DNA of 64,000 nucleotides from Oopsacas minuta (Eukaryota > Animalia > Porifera), in the NCBI GenBank assembly GCA_024704765.1, contig JAKMXF010000066.1, forward strand, positions 1,237,883 through 1,301,882, in the 5' to 3' direction. How positions within the stretch are numbered: position 1 is the first letter of the stretch; each line of letters begins with the position of its first letter. The position numbers and the translations under genes were made by a program. The notes under the pieces were generated by a model. It had not been told where the DNA came from. It made no database searches and saw only the letters and a list, made by a program, of their open reading frames with translations. Shown piece by piece: positions 22,601 through 31,487 of this stretch.

Positions 22601-24873
22601 TGGTGAAGTGGGGAAAGACCTTTATTATTAACGGCGTTCAAGAATCTCATAATGCCTTGCGAGTTTCGCGATTTTATTTTTTTCAATAATGTATTCAAGC
22701 ATTTAATACTGTTAAATTGCACTGAAATATGCAATGGAGAGTTCCCATCCATATCTGTAGAATCAAGTCGAGGCTCATAAGCTAGTATACTTTCTATTGT
22801 ATTTAGATCTGCACATTCCATAGACAAACTTAAGGCTGATTTTCCCTGCGAATTTCGCATGTTAATAAAGTCAGTAGAGGATATAATATGAATATTCTTC
22901 AATGATCCCTCAAAAACAGCCCTCAATATTGACTTCACAACTAAACCTGTATATTTTACCATCACTGCTAAGTGTAGTATTGTGTTTTCATCACAGTCTG
23001 TAATAGAGATGTCTATTTGTTGTTTCAATAAATATTCTATTGCTTTCAAATTTTGGCATTTTATCGCTAAATGAAGTGCAGTACATCTCTCTGAGTCTAC
23101 TCCCCGCACAAGATCAGTACTTTGTTGTTGATTCAATGAATTATATTCCAAGAGTATTTTCATTATCGAAACTGATTTATTCCTATCTTTAATGAAAACG
23201 CTATGGTGGAATACAGTTCGTTTATCTTCGTTAATAGCGTAGATGTTTGCATTGTTATCAAGTAGTAACCTCACGATATCTTCAGAGGCCTTATCTACAG
23301 CGTTGTGGAGAGGAGTGAGTCCCATCAAATTCGTGGCATTGACCATCTCGCTTAATCCACTTGTATTCTTATACTGATCGAGAATTAGTTTCGTACTGTT
23401 AAGACTGTCAGCATTTACAGCTAAATGCAATGCTGTATTACCTGAACTATCAGCTATGGTTGGATCAGGATTCAGCTCTAATATCATGCTTAAGCATTCT
23501 GGAAAGTATTGTGCACAGAGATGTAAAGGAGTAATTTTCGAATTGTTTGTATAACAATCGACTAGAGGAGTATTGTTAAGAAACGGTTTCAATTTGTTAC
23601 TTTGAATTCGTTCAATGAATAACCTCAGAAATACATTTCTATTGTTACTGTTTAGGATCAAATGTATTATGGTATTGTCCTGATGTTTTAAGAAAGTGAG
23701 TGAAAATTGGAACTTTTCATCCAAAAGATAATTGAAAGTTTTCGGTTTGTTCAAGTCTATACATAAAAGCAGTGGATGAGTGGACTGAATTTGGAGAAGT
23801 ATTCCTCCAACCTTCTGAAAGCTTGCACTTCTTTGATTCACTACATGTTCACATAATTGTATAAAAACTTCTTCATTTCTATGTTTGATTGATTCATACA
23901 ATAAACTGCCGTTGTCGATGTTGAAGTAATCTTGAACAGTGATTTTCTCTTGGATAAGATAGTCAATGACACGAATAGATCCTATTCTCACTGCTGGGAT
24001 ATATATTGTGGTTTTTAAATTTTCATTTTTCAAAGTCGCACTTACTTGAGAAAGGAGAATCTGAAGAAGCTGGGAAGATGGTTGTATGATGGTTGCCTCA
24101 ATCAATTTCGTATTTACATTATTTACATTTTGTATTGTAGAATTCGTGTGAATCACTGCATTAGTTAGGTCATTCAATGGAGAAAGTATCCGATGGATAT
24201 TTTTCTGACTAAATGAGTATCCGATATACAATTCGTTCTTATATTCACAAAATAGTAACTTAGAGTCGTTGACAATATCATGAAATACTTGTGTACCATT
24301 TGTGATTGAGTAGGATAAATTAGCTTTTTGTTTGATCAATTCCTGGCACGCATACTTGTTTTTGTGATAAATTGCAAATAGAAGTGGAGTCAATTGATTA
24401 TTATTGAGTTTTGTTAATAAACTGGTCAGTCCCTGCTGTTGAACGTATTTTAGCAATAGTATAAGAATATTAATTGCATTGGGAAATTCACAAGCTGTAT
24501 GGATAACTGTATTGCCTTCGATTTCAGTACTCATGAGAGAGGGTTGTTGTTCCAATAATTGCTCGATAGGTTCATATTTAAGACATTTTATGGCAAAGTG
24601 GAGAGCATCACAATCTTTGGACTGTAAAATATTCCTACTGTGGCTACTGGTTATATGTGTTATTATACACATCTGGATAGTAAAAATGTCCTTTTCATAA
24701 TGCTTGACTGCTTTATGCAGTATTGTACAGCTTTCGTTATCGATGGCGGATAAATCAGGATCAAATGTTAACAAAATTTTCAAAGAATCTACATATCTTT
24801 CAGAAATAGAGAGATTTGTTGGAGTTCTACCTTTATTATCTTTGATTTCAAGGAGAGATTTCTCTGGTAACAA
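13651..24873 (-). CDS. Giant ankyrin super-repeat ORF (3740 aa, no TM domain; the TTG start is probably not the real start)
   Basis: 11.2-kb open frame of ankyrin repeats arranged in ~590-aa modules; frame is open upstream only to a TGA at about 24890, so it looks like the continuation of the 24882-27339 ORF across a frameshift. Confidence 0.85.
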   Translation of the reverse strand: MLPEKSLLEIKDNKGRTPTNLSISERYVDSLKILLTFDPDLSAIDNESCTILHKAVKHYEKDIFTIQMCIITHITSSHSRNILQSKDCDALHFAIKCLKYEPIEQLLEQQPSLMSTEIEGNTVIHTACEFPNAINILILLLKYVQQQGLTSLLTKLNNNQLTPLLFAIYHKNKYACQELIKQKANLSYSITNGTQVFHDIVNDSKLLFCEYKNELYIGYSFSQKNIHRILSPLNDLTNAVIHTNSTIQNVNNVNTKLIEATIIQPSSQLLQILLSQVSATLKNENLKTTIYIPAVRIGSIRVIDYLIQEKITVQDYFNIDNGSLLYESIKHRNEEVFIQLCEHVVNQRSASFQKVGGILLQIQSTHPLLLCIDLNKPKTFNYLLDEKFQFSLTFLKHQDNTIIHLILNSNNRNVFLRLFIERIQSNKLKPFLNNTPLVDCYTNNSKITPLHLCAQYFPECLSMILELNPDPTIADSSGNTALHLAVNADSLNSTKLILDQYKNTSGLSEMVNATNLMGLTPLHNAVDKASEDIVRLLLDNNANIYAINEDKRTVFHHSVFIKDRNKSVSIMKILLEYNSLNQQQSTDLVRGVDSERCTALHLAIKCQNLKAIEYLLKQQIDISITDCDENTILHLAVMVKYTGLVVKSILRAVFEGSLKNIHIISSTDFINMRNSQGKSALSLSMECADLNTIESILAYEPRLDSTDMDGNSPLHISVQFNSIKCLNTLLKKIKSRNSQGIMRFLNAVNNKGLSPLHHAIACNNYESAEILCNEGAQLSLTSPNGTITLCHGIDGLKLRFMCIRPGYFKEYQYYICYTRDTKNSIVIASLLPELSTKVFQDSAKLKLVTELPEHAIQFIIKCSCTEPLEALIASKFLDFSKDKTWDLYWKVADNSSMLVTNYLFQNYPDKMKCSKSLKTLEKAVIINDNTKIIENTLNKFPLLDKLDEQEIHSILKTVVELSISNDSTTNLKTLLARRAKLNYLYGDEKDRTILHIIAEKDKNIEFFTCILEEILTREEGEFRQSTFIDGKSMIDHQNNKGKTALHLCIQKKRHDLLRIILKHCQKIMLKDLNDNTIVHLAASTGDLLIAQEIFQKISTDEYPYYFESENIHGCTPLHLATSVGSKDICKNLLEKGASLFSIDKDERTMFHHAMLVENKENRLETLTFLLEEFPNKKDDRSKNLLRKQDRDGCTALHNAVEHQYESEVALLIKADSSVVELYDKNMHTLLHVAIAPEIGSPKLSIPNESIFVKVFEILNLKPRAYGTHQHAVICQQDIQGRTALHLSIAFNNIFALEKILSVNPCLLICDEGGNSIFHKAVKKADDQALRTIIRHINTDDETLGRLVSTINSQGLPPLHLAILHGILPAIELLLEKNASLSFENSSGDITLCENLEGLELEFLFDTNSTYYIGYPVLNGPNQCWVVTDLPELNRTILTDPQHKLTKLDKKIQFEDIGILTAILKCRSYEPLAAAFRKKFLIANQNVQAKALPSVVGENATPQVMRYFLTQFKGRFVYYKNVECPSIIESAVANSNIETLIVAIQALPNDLSTETGLNKDDIFSCLKKSFIKSLDERNTNALIELLKYHPSITLSFHYGSQSGTLLHYIICEDKGVEYAESILNVAQGMTLSYKNMKYKLIDYPNANQQTALHDSVLKNREDILELLLKYDVNLKSCDLNQDTALHLAVNYPMESRTESILNILITAINSTENPSMCIEAKNKFGLTPLFVAFENTNSKIIEILLQNKANFYARDMDGSTILHRVLVDIITLAKRESMIIMILNHEKEVFKLENHHITTQQDNSGCTPTHIAVQRKQFGSVKTLVPADPTVLAICNNKSEIALHLAVLSHNIQIFDFILNSITNQLKSLTQPINFDKHLLCYQDINGKTPLHLSIETQFTYAIEKLLEYKACLDIVDNFKDTLLHTAVRISGSNCEELNIIISKLQECHEEDKSYFYALNQEGYPPLQLAIELQNNQAAIKLVEASAGLLFRDEQNQSILSCRNSKLKLRLFHSKKVTSNEIPVFWIGYPIEIVRKTNWIVARLPDLEFTEYIGEQKIENVERISNQDLINAIFKCHSSDPFKAAEELGLIDKNPKNTKHIQNVLKNSSKEVAEYFVERLRYEVYERIENQSSLIEFSVENQDISVLHFLLQKLPKIPEWTPNIEICLKGALEQSLKNSTANAFIQLLNFGANFRQTYRDGNTLLHLIISKAKDTSFIDSLLTPWKMCQVGENPRFIDVQNIHCMTALHLAVKLKNKELLSILLTFQPSLLIHGPEGNTPLHLAIETDDFEIIEEIITYSKSNLEIINAKNEKMRTPLHLAVRKGQNVTKLLLKSKPDIYSQDCDQNTVLHHAVDSKNRGIIDIILDFEAKNHPKKCNLYSIRNELCQTPLHLAVTKSDLDVVTRLLDFPSVLSTTDCNTQTPLHLAVIHENVFEVIINATMQFQQSNGVEVSHKNHIINLQDVNGKTALHLSIEHDHSKAFERLLAEQCLLDILDKSGNNILHYSVRTRSNPTYLNTLILKLQNSSEHYVMYTQENKDGLPPLHYAITQCNITAIQSLINAKVKLALKSEQEGFTLCHLKGTLSLDVFKYKYDNFKFWTGFEVKDEKSTFMVLSELPNLEKTIIHELKAIKVTKLEKLDKESLSTIASCPCSEPLDAMFHKHKLTLDKKLFDNSDISEIVAKHAAPKSIELILKKDYSTLIQGKDNHLSMLESAVSNPNLESLKFVIYSISKYYPNPKTELLSKIELQCIQSSFYLSLANKNTDALFVLLDYQLPFELLYSEDNTLLHLMIMKCVSPEFIHTLFISINNHIINLECPYIDLRNAKGETALQLSITRGPIANVKTLLKYNPDIFFQDNDRNTSLHTAAKQKNTEYVECILNAVEKSKLKILLDLINSNSQTPLHTSVVNGNCNVTRYLLKSDASYNTRSSYEYCILHHAVELKDEKERREMIDLILEYENTFHCKEVSLTTYQDDLGYTPLINAIVLRYQDAVAKLIGFVETLRICDNTGSSPLHNAVKSNHVEIFNIILKAILDRENQETSWLDYRLVCYRDNKHQTPLHVSINTHNIHALKQLLLSKPCLDTIDLEGNTLLHTAISLGDQDCLEILLTEYSHRFSTDYAYFVYMRNSKELPPLQFAIKQKKIECIETLLKNHVHLAFCNFCGDITLADGLDSLSLSFVEYKEDGYIYWVGYEFFAEKKLCWVISPLPNIDKTILKINGPNIAKINRFNSVYLQAVSKSKSFEPLNAALRNSILSFDTSLEGRRAVAIVSQYGTKQSLRCLLSKMKSNLFTRLDEMDSIIEYAIPNTDNDALEFLLESLPEFHEELIPKCEGSEKYFENIQICFCFRRSFEKSILNQTPDALISLLKHFPKLDYTYGERDNTLIHLMIVQDKSCEFINRVLEWISQSIKLTSKYSSVLDLKNSLGQTMLHSCIYAKQWDNLNVLLKHKPDLYVQDNNGETSLHYAVKTEDLLYVQILHENAPNQQTFLSIRNLNGDTALHLAIQNGNIEVTNFLLQSKSPFYPHKDDKSTILHIAVEFLDSVKRMVLIETILKNEPEPSSGSDRIITRLKNHNGYTPLHLAIERKYSDVVNILLGVDIGAMYIRDDNERTPLHLAIIPSSPGAQKCTEVSTIHQPILDSVLNACEKLDGKHEENTPCSAKHLICIQDKHKRTAMHDAIQHLNVYAFTELLKTGSCLDIPDEEGNILTHEAVKNPDDITCLIKLVEELKRRYPDSLYNCFQ

Positions 24874-24881
24874 AACATCTA

Positions 24882-27339
24882 TTAGCCTTCACGTGTCTTA
24901 AATTCGAGATCCTTAATAAGAACAGCAAGGTGCAGAAGAGATAGTCCTGTCACGCTATTCTTATTGTTAAGATTATGATTTTTCCGAAATGATTCAAGAA
25001 TTTCTATCTCCGCATTTAACACAGCCTTTTCGATTGGTGAAACGTTATTATGGTTTAGTGTATGGTATAGATATTGTAGAGGTATAATATTTGAATTGTC
25101 AATGGTGTTCATAACAATCTCGAAAAATTCAAGATTTCCTTTTTCCACGATAATATGAAGTACAGTGTTATCATTTTTGTCAACTAGATCAAGAGACGCA
25201 TTCTCTTTTATTAATACATTAAAAATTGATAGATTATTTTCAAGAGCTGCTATCATCAATGCAGAATACATATTACTAGTGTTCTGTAAATTAATAAACT
25301 CCAAGTAACCATGGGTTGACCTGTGTTCTTGCAAGACGGATACAAATTCTTGTGTCACTCCAAAACTGCTGATACACGCTACAGTATGTAGGACTGAATT
25401 TCCAATAGTGTCAAGTTCAGAAAGTTGTGAAAATGGAGTATTTGTCGCTAATAATTTAACTGCTACGCCATTCTTACATTTGATACTGTAATGAAGCAGT
25501 GTATTGTGCTCATGATCGAACAATTGCTCATCTTGATTGTAAGTTGGAAACGGGTGAAGAATACTAAATAATCGATCCAAAATAACTTCATCGTGACAAC
25601 ATCTTACAATATGGAAATAACACGAGTAACCTTGGATTAAATTACAAGCACCTGCTCTCAAAAATTTCTCTGTGGCAGCAAACTGTTGACATTCAAGACT
25701 GAAGCGTAATTGAGTAAATTCTTGTTTCAAAAGATTATTTTCCAGATATTTTTGCATAACAAGCACGAAGCATTCTTCATCATAATGTAATACAGCTGTG
25801 TGAAGGATGGAGTGATTTTGTGAATTAAATAATTCATAAAGTGGTTTGTTAGCTGAGGTATGATAGGCAAAAAAATTCAGGAATATTTTCAAAATTTTGA
25901 TTCTCTTATCTTTAATCGCATTTGACACATTTTGTAACCATGCTTCTGTACGTAGGGTAACATTATTTTCTAAGATAAGAGATATTCCAGCATAGAATTC
26001 AACACTAATAGCTAGCTCTAATGGAGTCAAATTATCACTGTTTTTAGTGTTCAGGCAAGTGGTGATTTTCGTATCCTTGTGTTCAAGCAATTTTTCAAGA
26101 TTATTACCGTTTTTTCCAAGCATAGCTTTGTGAAATGCATTGTTATTAGTTCTGTGCTCTGTTAGGCAAATGTCTATATATTCTCTGGAAAGTACTGTGA
26201 GTAGCATTAAGGGATGACCAAATTCAGCAGCTAAATGTAACAAACTGCTGCCGCATTCTAAGTTTTGGTTAATGCTGACTATAATGTTATATAATACAAC
26301 CTGCAATAGAGTAGGGCAAGGAAACTCTAAGATAAGTTTTAGGAAATCAAAGTTCTCGTTTTTATGGAGATCGTACTTTTTGAATGTCACAAAGTCATTT
26401 TTGAAGTATCGTATTTCGTTAGGCTTGTCAAGGAGTGTTAAAATGCTACTGTTCCCTATTGGTGTGTTAACTAAAATAGCTACATGTTGATTCAAATGAC
26501 CTACACTTACATCGAAGTTTGGTAAAACGTAAAAATCTTCCTTTTGAATAAAAATGCATGCACCAGCATTCAATAATGCTTCAGTAATTATTTGACGTGT
26601 TTCAGAATAATTTCCTTTGAGAGAAATGGAAAGCAGTGTTTCGTTTTGTATATTGACATGATTAATGTGTGTATCTAGCTTATTGTCTTTCAGTTGAAGC
26701 AATTCTAAGATAATTTCATCACTAAGGGATTGTTGTAACAGTGCGATATGTAAAATTGAGTTACTGTCGCTGTCTAAATAACTCCAATCAATGCTCTTTG
26801 TGAAGTTATTTATAATGCACTGAACTAATGGGAGGTTTTCAGGTGAGTTTAATATCACAAATATAAGGATCTCTATCATAGTTGAATTGAATGGAGGGTG
26901 ATTATGTAACCAGTCGGTTCTTAGGGCAGCCATAAAAACGGGAGTATCGGTTGAGTTAAAAAGTTCTTTCATTAGTTTAGCGGTACGACTCCCTTCAACA
27001 AAACCTTCGAACACATTTTTCAGTTTATCTTTCTCTAAAGCATGCCAAGTATGGATGTCTGATATATATACAAAGTTAGACTTGTGTTTTATAATCAAGT
27101 TATAACTCGGCATTGAGAAAGTGCCACGCTCTTTGAGTATTCTAATCTCACCTGACTGTAGTATTGAGTCTTTAGTTGACTGTGGTGAAAATGTCTTCGA
27201 TACTAAAAGTAAACAAAATACGCAATTCTATTGCTTCATTACATTTATATAGCTTTCTTAAAAGTCAAAATTACTCAAACGATAATGTATAACATTAGTT
27301 ATCCAACATACCTTTTCCAAAAAAATTTCTTTCTGCCAT
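24882..27339 (-). CDS. N-terminal part of the giant ankyrin locus; exons 27339-27312 and 27202-24882 (782 aa to the frameshift stop)
   Basis: Exon 1 ATG GCA GAA AGA AAT TTT TTT GGA AAA G|GTATGT; 109-bp intron ending TTTGTTTACTTTTAG; the phase-1 join is in frame with the 743-aa track ORF; ankyrin repeats follow. Confidence 0.75.
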
Positions 27340-27897
27340 GTTGATGAATCTCAACAAAAATCAAGTTGGGATATATCTTTAGCCTATGATAGCATTGTAC
27401 GTATTAATTAAATAATAGACAGATTTAACGCACAGAAAATCAGGGATTCAACATTCATTTAGAATATATAGAAATATTAATACAGGATTACTCAAGGAAT
27501 CTTGGAGGCTGTTCGATTGATTATCGTAATACAGTGTTAGTCTAACTAATGTCTAGACTGATTTATTCGTTTAGTACAATAGTATTCTAATGGTTAATCA
27601 ACTTAAGATTAGCTGGAATCAATTTTATGAGATAAGTGTCAAAATCTAATATTTTAGGTATTTTTATCAAGTTAGCTTGCTAGGTAAAACACCTCTTTTA
27701 GAGGCTAAAACCTAGCTTTATGCTAGATTTGAACCCCTTTTAACATAACGACATTATTCTTGCACATTTTACTATCTCATAGCTTCTATTGGTATTTGTA
27801 GCTTTGTAGCTACTCTTACTTCTTTGAATACCATTGTTAATTCTACTTATTAATCAGTCGTATCATACTTAATTACGAATTACTACTAGTTCATTCA

Positions 27898-28038
27898 TAG
27901 CAGATACGCAGCGGCCCCGCTCGAAAACGGACCGGACCGACCGGTTTCAGTTCGATCCGGTCCGCTTTTTTTCAATGAGGCCTGTCCGAAAATTGGATCT
28001 AACGGTCCGGACCGCTCCCCGAAATAGCCGAACTGCTA
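27898..28038. mobile_element. GC-rich MITE-like element with GGACC/GGTCC subterminal repeats
   Basis: Short TIR TAGCAG…CTGCTA; ACCGGACCGACCGG and CGGTCCGGACCG motifs in an AT-rich context; no convincing TSD. Confidence 0.4.
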
Positions 28039-28969
28039 CATGCCTGTTATAACCACATATGCATGTCATCTGAATTCAGAAAAGGATAAACACAAGTGGA
28101 TTCAACTAACCACTTTACGAGGTAAATTTCATAATCATTTATCATCTAGATCAGTATCTTAAAAGGTGTCACATCGATAGGTCTGGACTGGTTTATCGGT
28201 AGACGGTTCAGAAAACTCAATGATTTCAACAAAAAATTCAGTGGAAAGTTTGCCAACTATTTAAGTTATTTTTCTAGAAACGGGCATATCAGCCATCGAA
28301 ATAATACAAATCTATTTTCGGTTGAATTATCTACTCTCGCAACACTAAAGTAACCCAATCAAACCGAATGACTAGTTTAAATTTATTCAATTTATAATTA
28401 ATAATATCATACCTTGTTCTTCTTTGATAAATATTCAATTCAGGATCTTTATAATTATTCACTAAATCCAAACTAATCACAACTTACATATTATTATATG
28501 GTACTCTGATGTGCATAATGTAGTAAGATCAAGAATTTGTGTAAACAAATATGATGCAATGATATATCACAATAACTAAATATTCAATCTTGTCTAACTA
28601 CTAAATTATCCACCAAAAATATTAGAACATATTTTTTTATTGTTTTTGAAAAAGTTACAAGGTGTTGATGACGCAGCATATGTAAAATTTTTGGAAATAA
28701 TGAAAGAGGACATAATTTTTTACTTATTTACAAATTACAAATTTTTGAAAAATCTCAACTTTTCTCGAAAATTCGAACGCCAACTTATTCAATCACAGGT
28801 AACAAGTATCAAATTGTTCAATTGTAGTAATTACTAAATAAGAATTAATATGGAGTAACACTGATAACAATAACATATGTATGGTGTACTTCCCGTCGGA
28901 CTCTAAGGATTAGACGCTAAAATGCCTGCTATATTATTCGCTCACCACTTTTGTTGTTGATTCTTTGTA

Positions 28970-29272
28970 CAGTGGAACCTGCATAAACCGGTGTTGTAGT
29001 GCCATCTGTCCCCCCCGGACTTCTGGCACTAGGGCAAGGAGTCCCCCCGGACTAGTGGCACTAGGGTCAGCTGTCCCCCCCCGGAATTCTGGCACTAGGG
29101 CAAAGAGTCAGGGGGGACAGCTGACCCTCTCACACCTGCACTTGTATAATCAGGAAGACCTGTATAATGCCACAGTGCCTCTGATCTGAATAGCTCCCGA
29201 CAATACAGATTCACCTTCATAATCCAACAAAATATCATGTCCCAACGAGTAGCGGTTATGCAAGTTCCACTG
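28970..29272. mobile_element. pogo/Tigger-like MITE with internal GC-rich repeats
   Basis: TIR CAGTGGAACCTGCATAA…TTATGCAAGTTCCACTG with TA duplication on both sides (28968-69, 29273-74). Confidence 0.8.
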
Positions 29273-29369
29273 TAGTTTGTTATAATATACCAATGCTTTT
29301 ACATTTTATTTAGCATTCTTATTTTACGAAGTTTCCTCTGCCAGGACATTTGTACGTAGTGATCACTTT

Positions 29370-31223
29370 ATGGAAGAACCAGATGAAGTAACACTCGTAT
29401 TCAATAAAAATTTCATATTTGAAGAACCTCTTCCAACAACTAGCATAGACTTCAAACCGCCATCGATTCTCCCAAACCACCAATTCACAGTAAAACGACA
29501 ACACCGTTCATCAGTTGAGGATAAAGTAGCACGTATCCGTGAGGAAAATGAGAAATACAACTCCATGACGTCACAAATACCATCAGAGTCAGAATCAAGT
29601 GAAGATGATACAACCACGGATACAGGACAACCATTCTTTTCAAACTATCCAAGCGGTGGAATCAATAGTTTTTCAGACATGTCACTCAGTAGACCCTTAC
29701 TTAAAGCAGTGAATCAATTAGGATTCGCTGATCCCACCCCAATACAGTCACGTGCTATACCAATAGCATTAGCAGGTAAGGATATATGTGGGTGTGCTGC
29801 TACAGGTAGTGGTAAAACAGCTGCGTTTTTACTGCCAATACTAGAGCGTTTGTTATACAAATCGAAAGAGCATGCGAGTACACGTGTACTGATACTAAGC
29901 CCAACTCGTGAGTTGGCGATACAAACTCATACGGTAAGTTTACAGCTCTGTCATTTCTCTGCTGCTATACGCTTGTGTCTAGTAGCTGGTGGGATCGATT
30001 TACGTGCACAAGAACGTGCAGTACGAAACCGCCCTGATATTATAGTGGCCACACCCGGTCGGCTAATTGATCTACTACATAACACGCCATCATTCGACCT
30101 GGGAAGTCTGGAAGTATTAGTATTAGATGAAGCTGATAGAATGCTAGAAGAGCATTTTGAACTTGAGCTACAAGAAATTCTACGTTTATGCCCGAAACAT
30201 AGACAAACATTATTATTTTCCGCTACTATGACAGATCAGGTTGAAAAACTAGCTAAATTATCTCTACAGAAACCAGTTAGATTATTTGTGGATAAAAACA
30301 CGGATGTTGCCGCTACGTTAAAGCAAGAATTCATTCGTATACGAGCTGATCACGAGAATGATCGTGAAGCTATGTTATATGCTCTTTGCAAAAGAACATT
30401 CACTTCACGCTGCCTCGTGTTTTTACCTACGAAACACCTAGCACACAGGTTACACATTTGTTTTTCATTGTTAGGCATTAATGCAGCTGAATTGCATGGT
30501 AATCTTACACAAGCACAGCGAGTTGAGTCGTTAGAAAGTTTCAAAAAGGGTGATGTTAATTTCCTGCTAGCTACAGATCTCGCAGCACGTGGCCTGGATA
30601 TTGAAGGAGTACATACGGTTATTAATTATAATATGCCAGCTACTTTACAGCAATATATACATCGTGTCGGCCGTACCGCGAGGGCTGGACGATCGGGGAG
30701 AGCTGTGTCACTTGTCGGAGAGAATGGTAGGAAAGTTTTGAAAGAGGCTGTGAAGGGGAAACATCATCAAACTTCCGTGAAGAGAGTTGTACCTGGATTT
30801 ATTATAGAAGCATGTAAGAAAGAATTAGAGAATATATCAGAGGATGTTATTAGAGTACTGGAAGAGGAAAAGGAGGAGAAGGAGATGGCAGCTGGTGAAA
30901 TGGAGATTAGAAAAGCTGAAAATTTGATAAAACATCGTGATGAGATAGCAAGTAGACCAGCTAGAACATGGTTTATCAATAAAAACGATCGTAAGACGAA
31001 ATCTAAAGGAAAACCACCAGATAAGGGAATTGTTATTAAACAGAGATTAGCTAATAAAGTAGCTAAACGATCTGAAAAACCGAAAAGATTGAGAGTATTT
31101 GGAGAAGAAGGTAAGAAGAATAAACGAAATAATAAGCGTAAACAGATTGGGAAAGTTGATAGAAATATCCACAAACAAGAACCTGGAAAACGAAAAAAGT
31201 TTAACAAAATATTCAAGAAATAA
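29370..31223 (+). CDS. DDX27: DEAD-box RNA helicase DDX27/Drs1 (60S biogenesis), intronless
   Basis: Q motif FSDMSLSRPLLKAV…PTPIQ, AATGSGKTAAF, PTRELAIQ, LDEADRML, SATM, HRVGRTARAGRSG; RPARTWF and a lysine-rich tail are typical of DDX27. Confidence 0.93.
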   Translation: MEEPDEVTLVFNKNFIFEEPLPTTSIDFKPPSILPNHQFTVKRQHRSSVEDKVARIREENEKYNSMTSQIPSESESSEDDTTTDTGQPFFSNYPSGGINSFSDMSLSRPLLKAVNQLGFADPTPIQSRAIPIALAGKDICGCAATGSGKTAAFLLPILERLLYKSKEHASTRVLILSPTRELAIQTHTVSLQLCHFSAAIRLCLVAGGIDLRAQERAVRNRPDIIVATPGRLIDLLHNTPSFDLGSLEVLVLDEADRMLEEHFELELQEILRLCPKHRQTLLFSATMTDQVEKLAKLSLQKPVRLFVDKNTDVAATLKQEFIRIRADHENDREAMLYALCKRTFTSRCLVFLPTKHLAHRLHICFSLLGINAAELHGNLTQAQRVESLESFKKGDVNFLLATDLAARGLDIEGVHTVINYNMPATLQQYIHRVGRTARAGRSGRAVSLVGENGRKVLKEAVKGKHHQTSVKRVVPGFIIEACKKELENISEDVIRVLEEEKEEKEMAAGEMEIRKAENLIKHRDEIASRPARTWFINKNDRKTKSKGKPPDKGIVIKQRLANKVAKRSEKPKRLRVFGEEGKKNKRNNKRKQIGKVDRNIHKQEPGKRKKFNKIFKK

Positions 31224-31487
31224 GAAGAAAAAATATATTTCACTTAGGTGCTAGAATGATTTATTCTATTTCTTGGGTTCTTAGGATAAAATTCAACACA
31301 GCATAATTCTGGTATTTTACAATTGTATTTAGGGAAGAACATACTTTCCAACCATTTGCGAGAAGTCCTTTTCTGACCTATTGGGAGTGTTAAGATGGGA
31401 CTAAGTTTGGAAATGTCAGCTATTATATATGTTAGATTGCTATTCAGGGAAATTGGGTATTTGCTAATACCTATAAGGCTATACCTA

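Noticed and set aside
24879-24892. 14-nt GT…AG (GTGAAGGCTAATAG, minus strand) whose removal would also fuse the two ankyrin ORFs in frame
   Set aside because: Far shorter than the other introns here (64 bp or more) and below known animal spliceosomal limits; it would also delete part of an ankyrin helix
7635-26490. Numerous 60-80 aa plus-strand ORFs inside the ankyrin/TRP locus
   Set aside because: Antisense shadows of long coding frames, with no motifs
27940-27965. GTTCGATCC resembling a tRNA T-loop
   Set aside because: No cloverleaf, A-box or acceptor stem; part of a GC-rich repeat
29005-29110. Regularly spaced GC-rich repeats resembling a CRISPR array
   Set aside because: Only three units with very short spacers, inside a eukaryotic MITE, and no cas genes
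30767-31243. 158-aa hydrophobic antisense ORF
   Set aside because: Shadow of the lysine/glutamate-rich DDX27 tail
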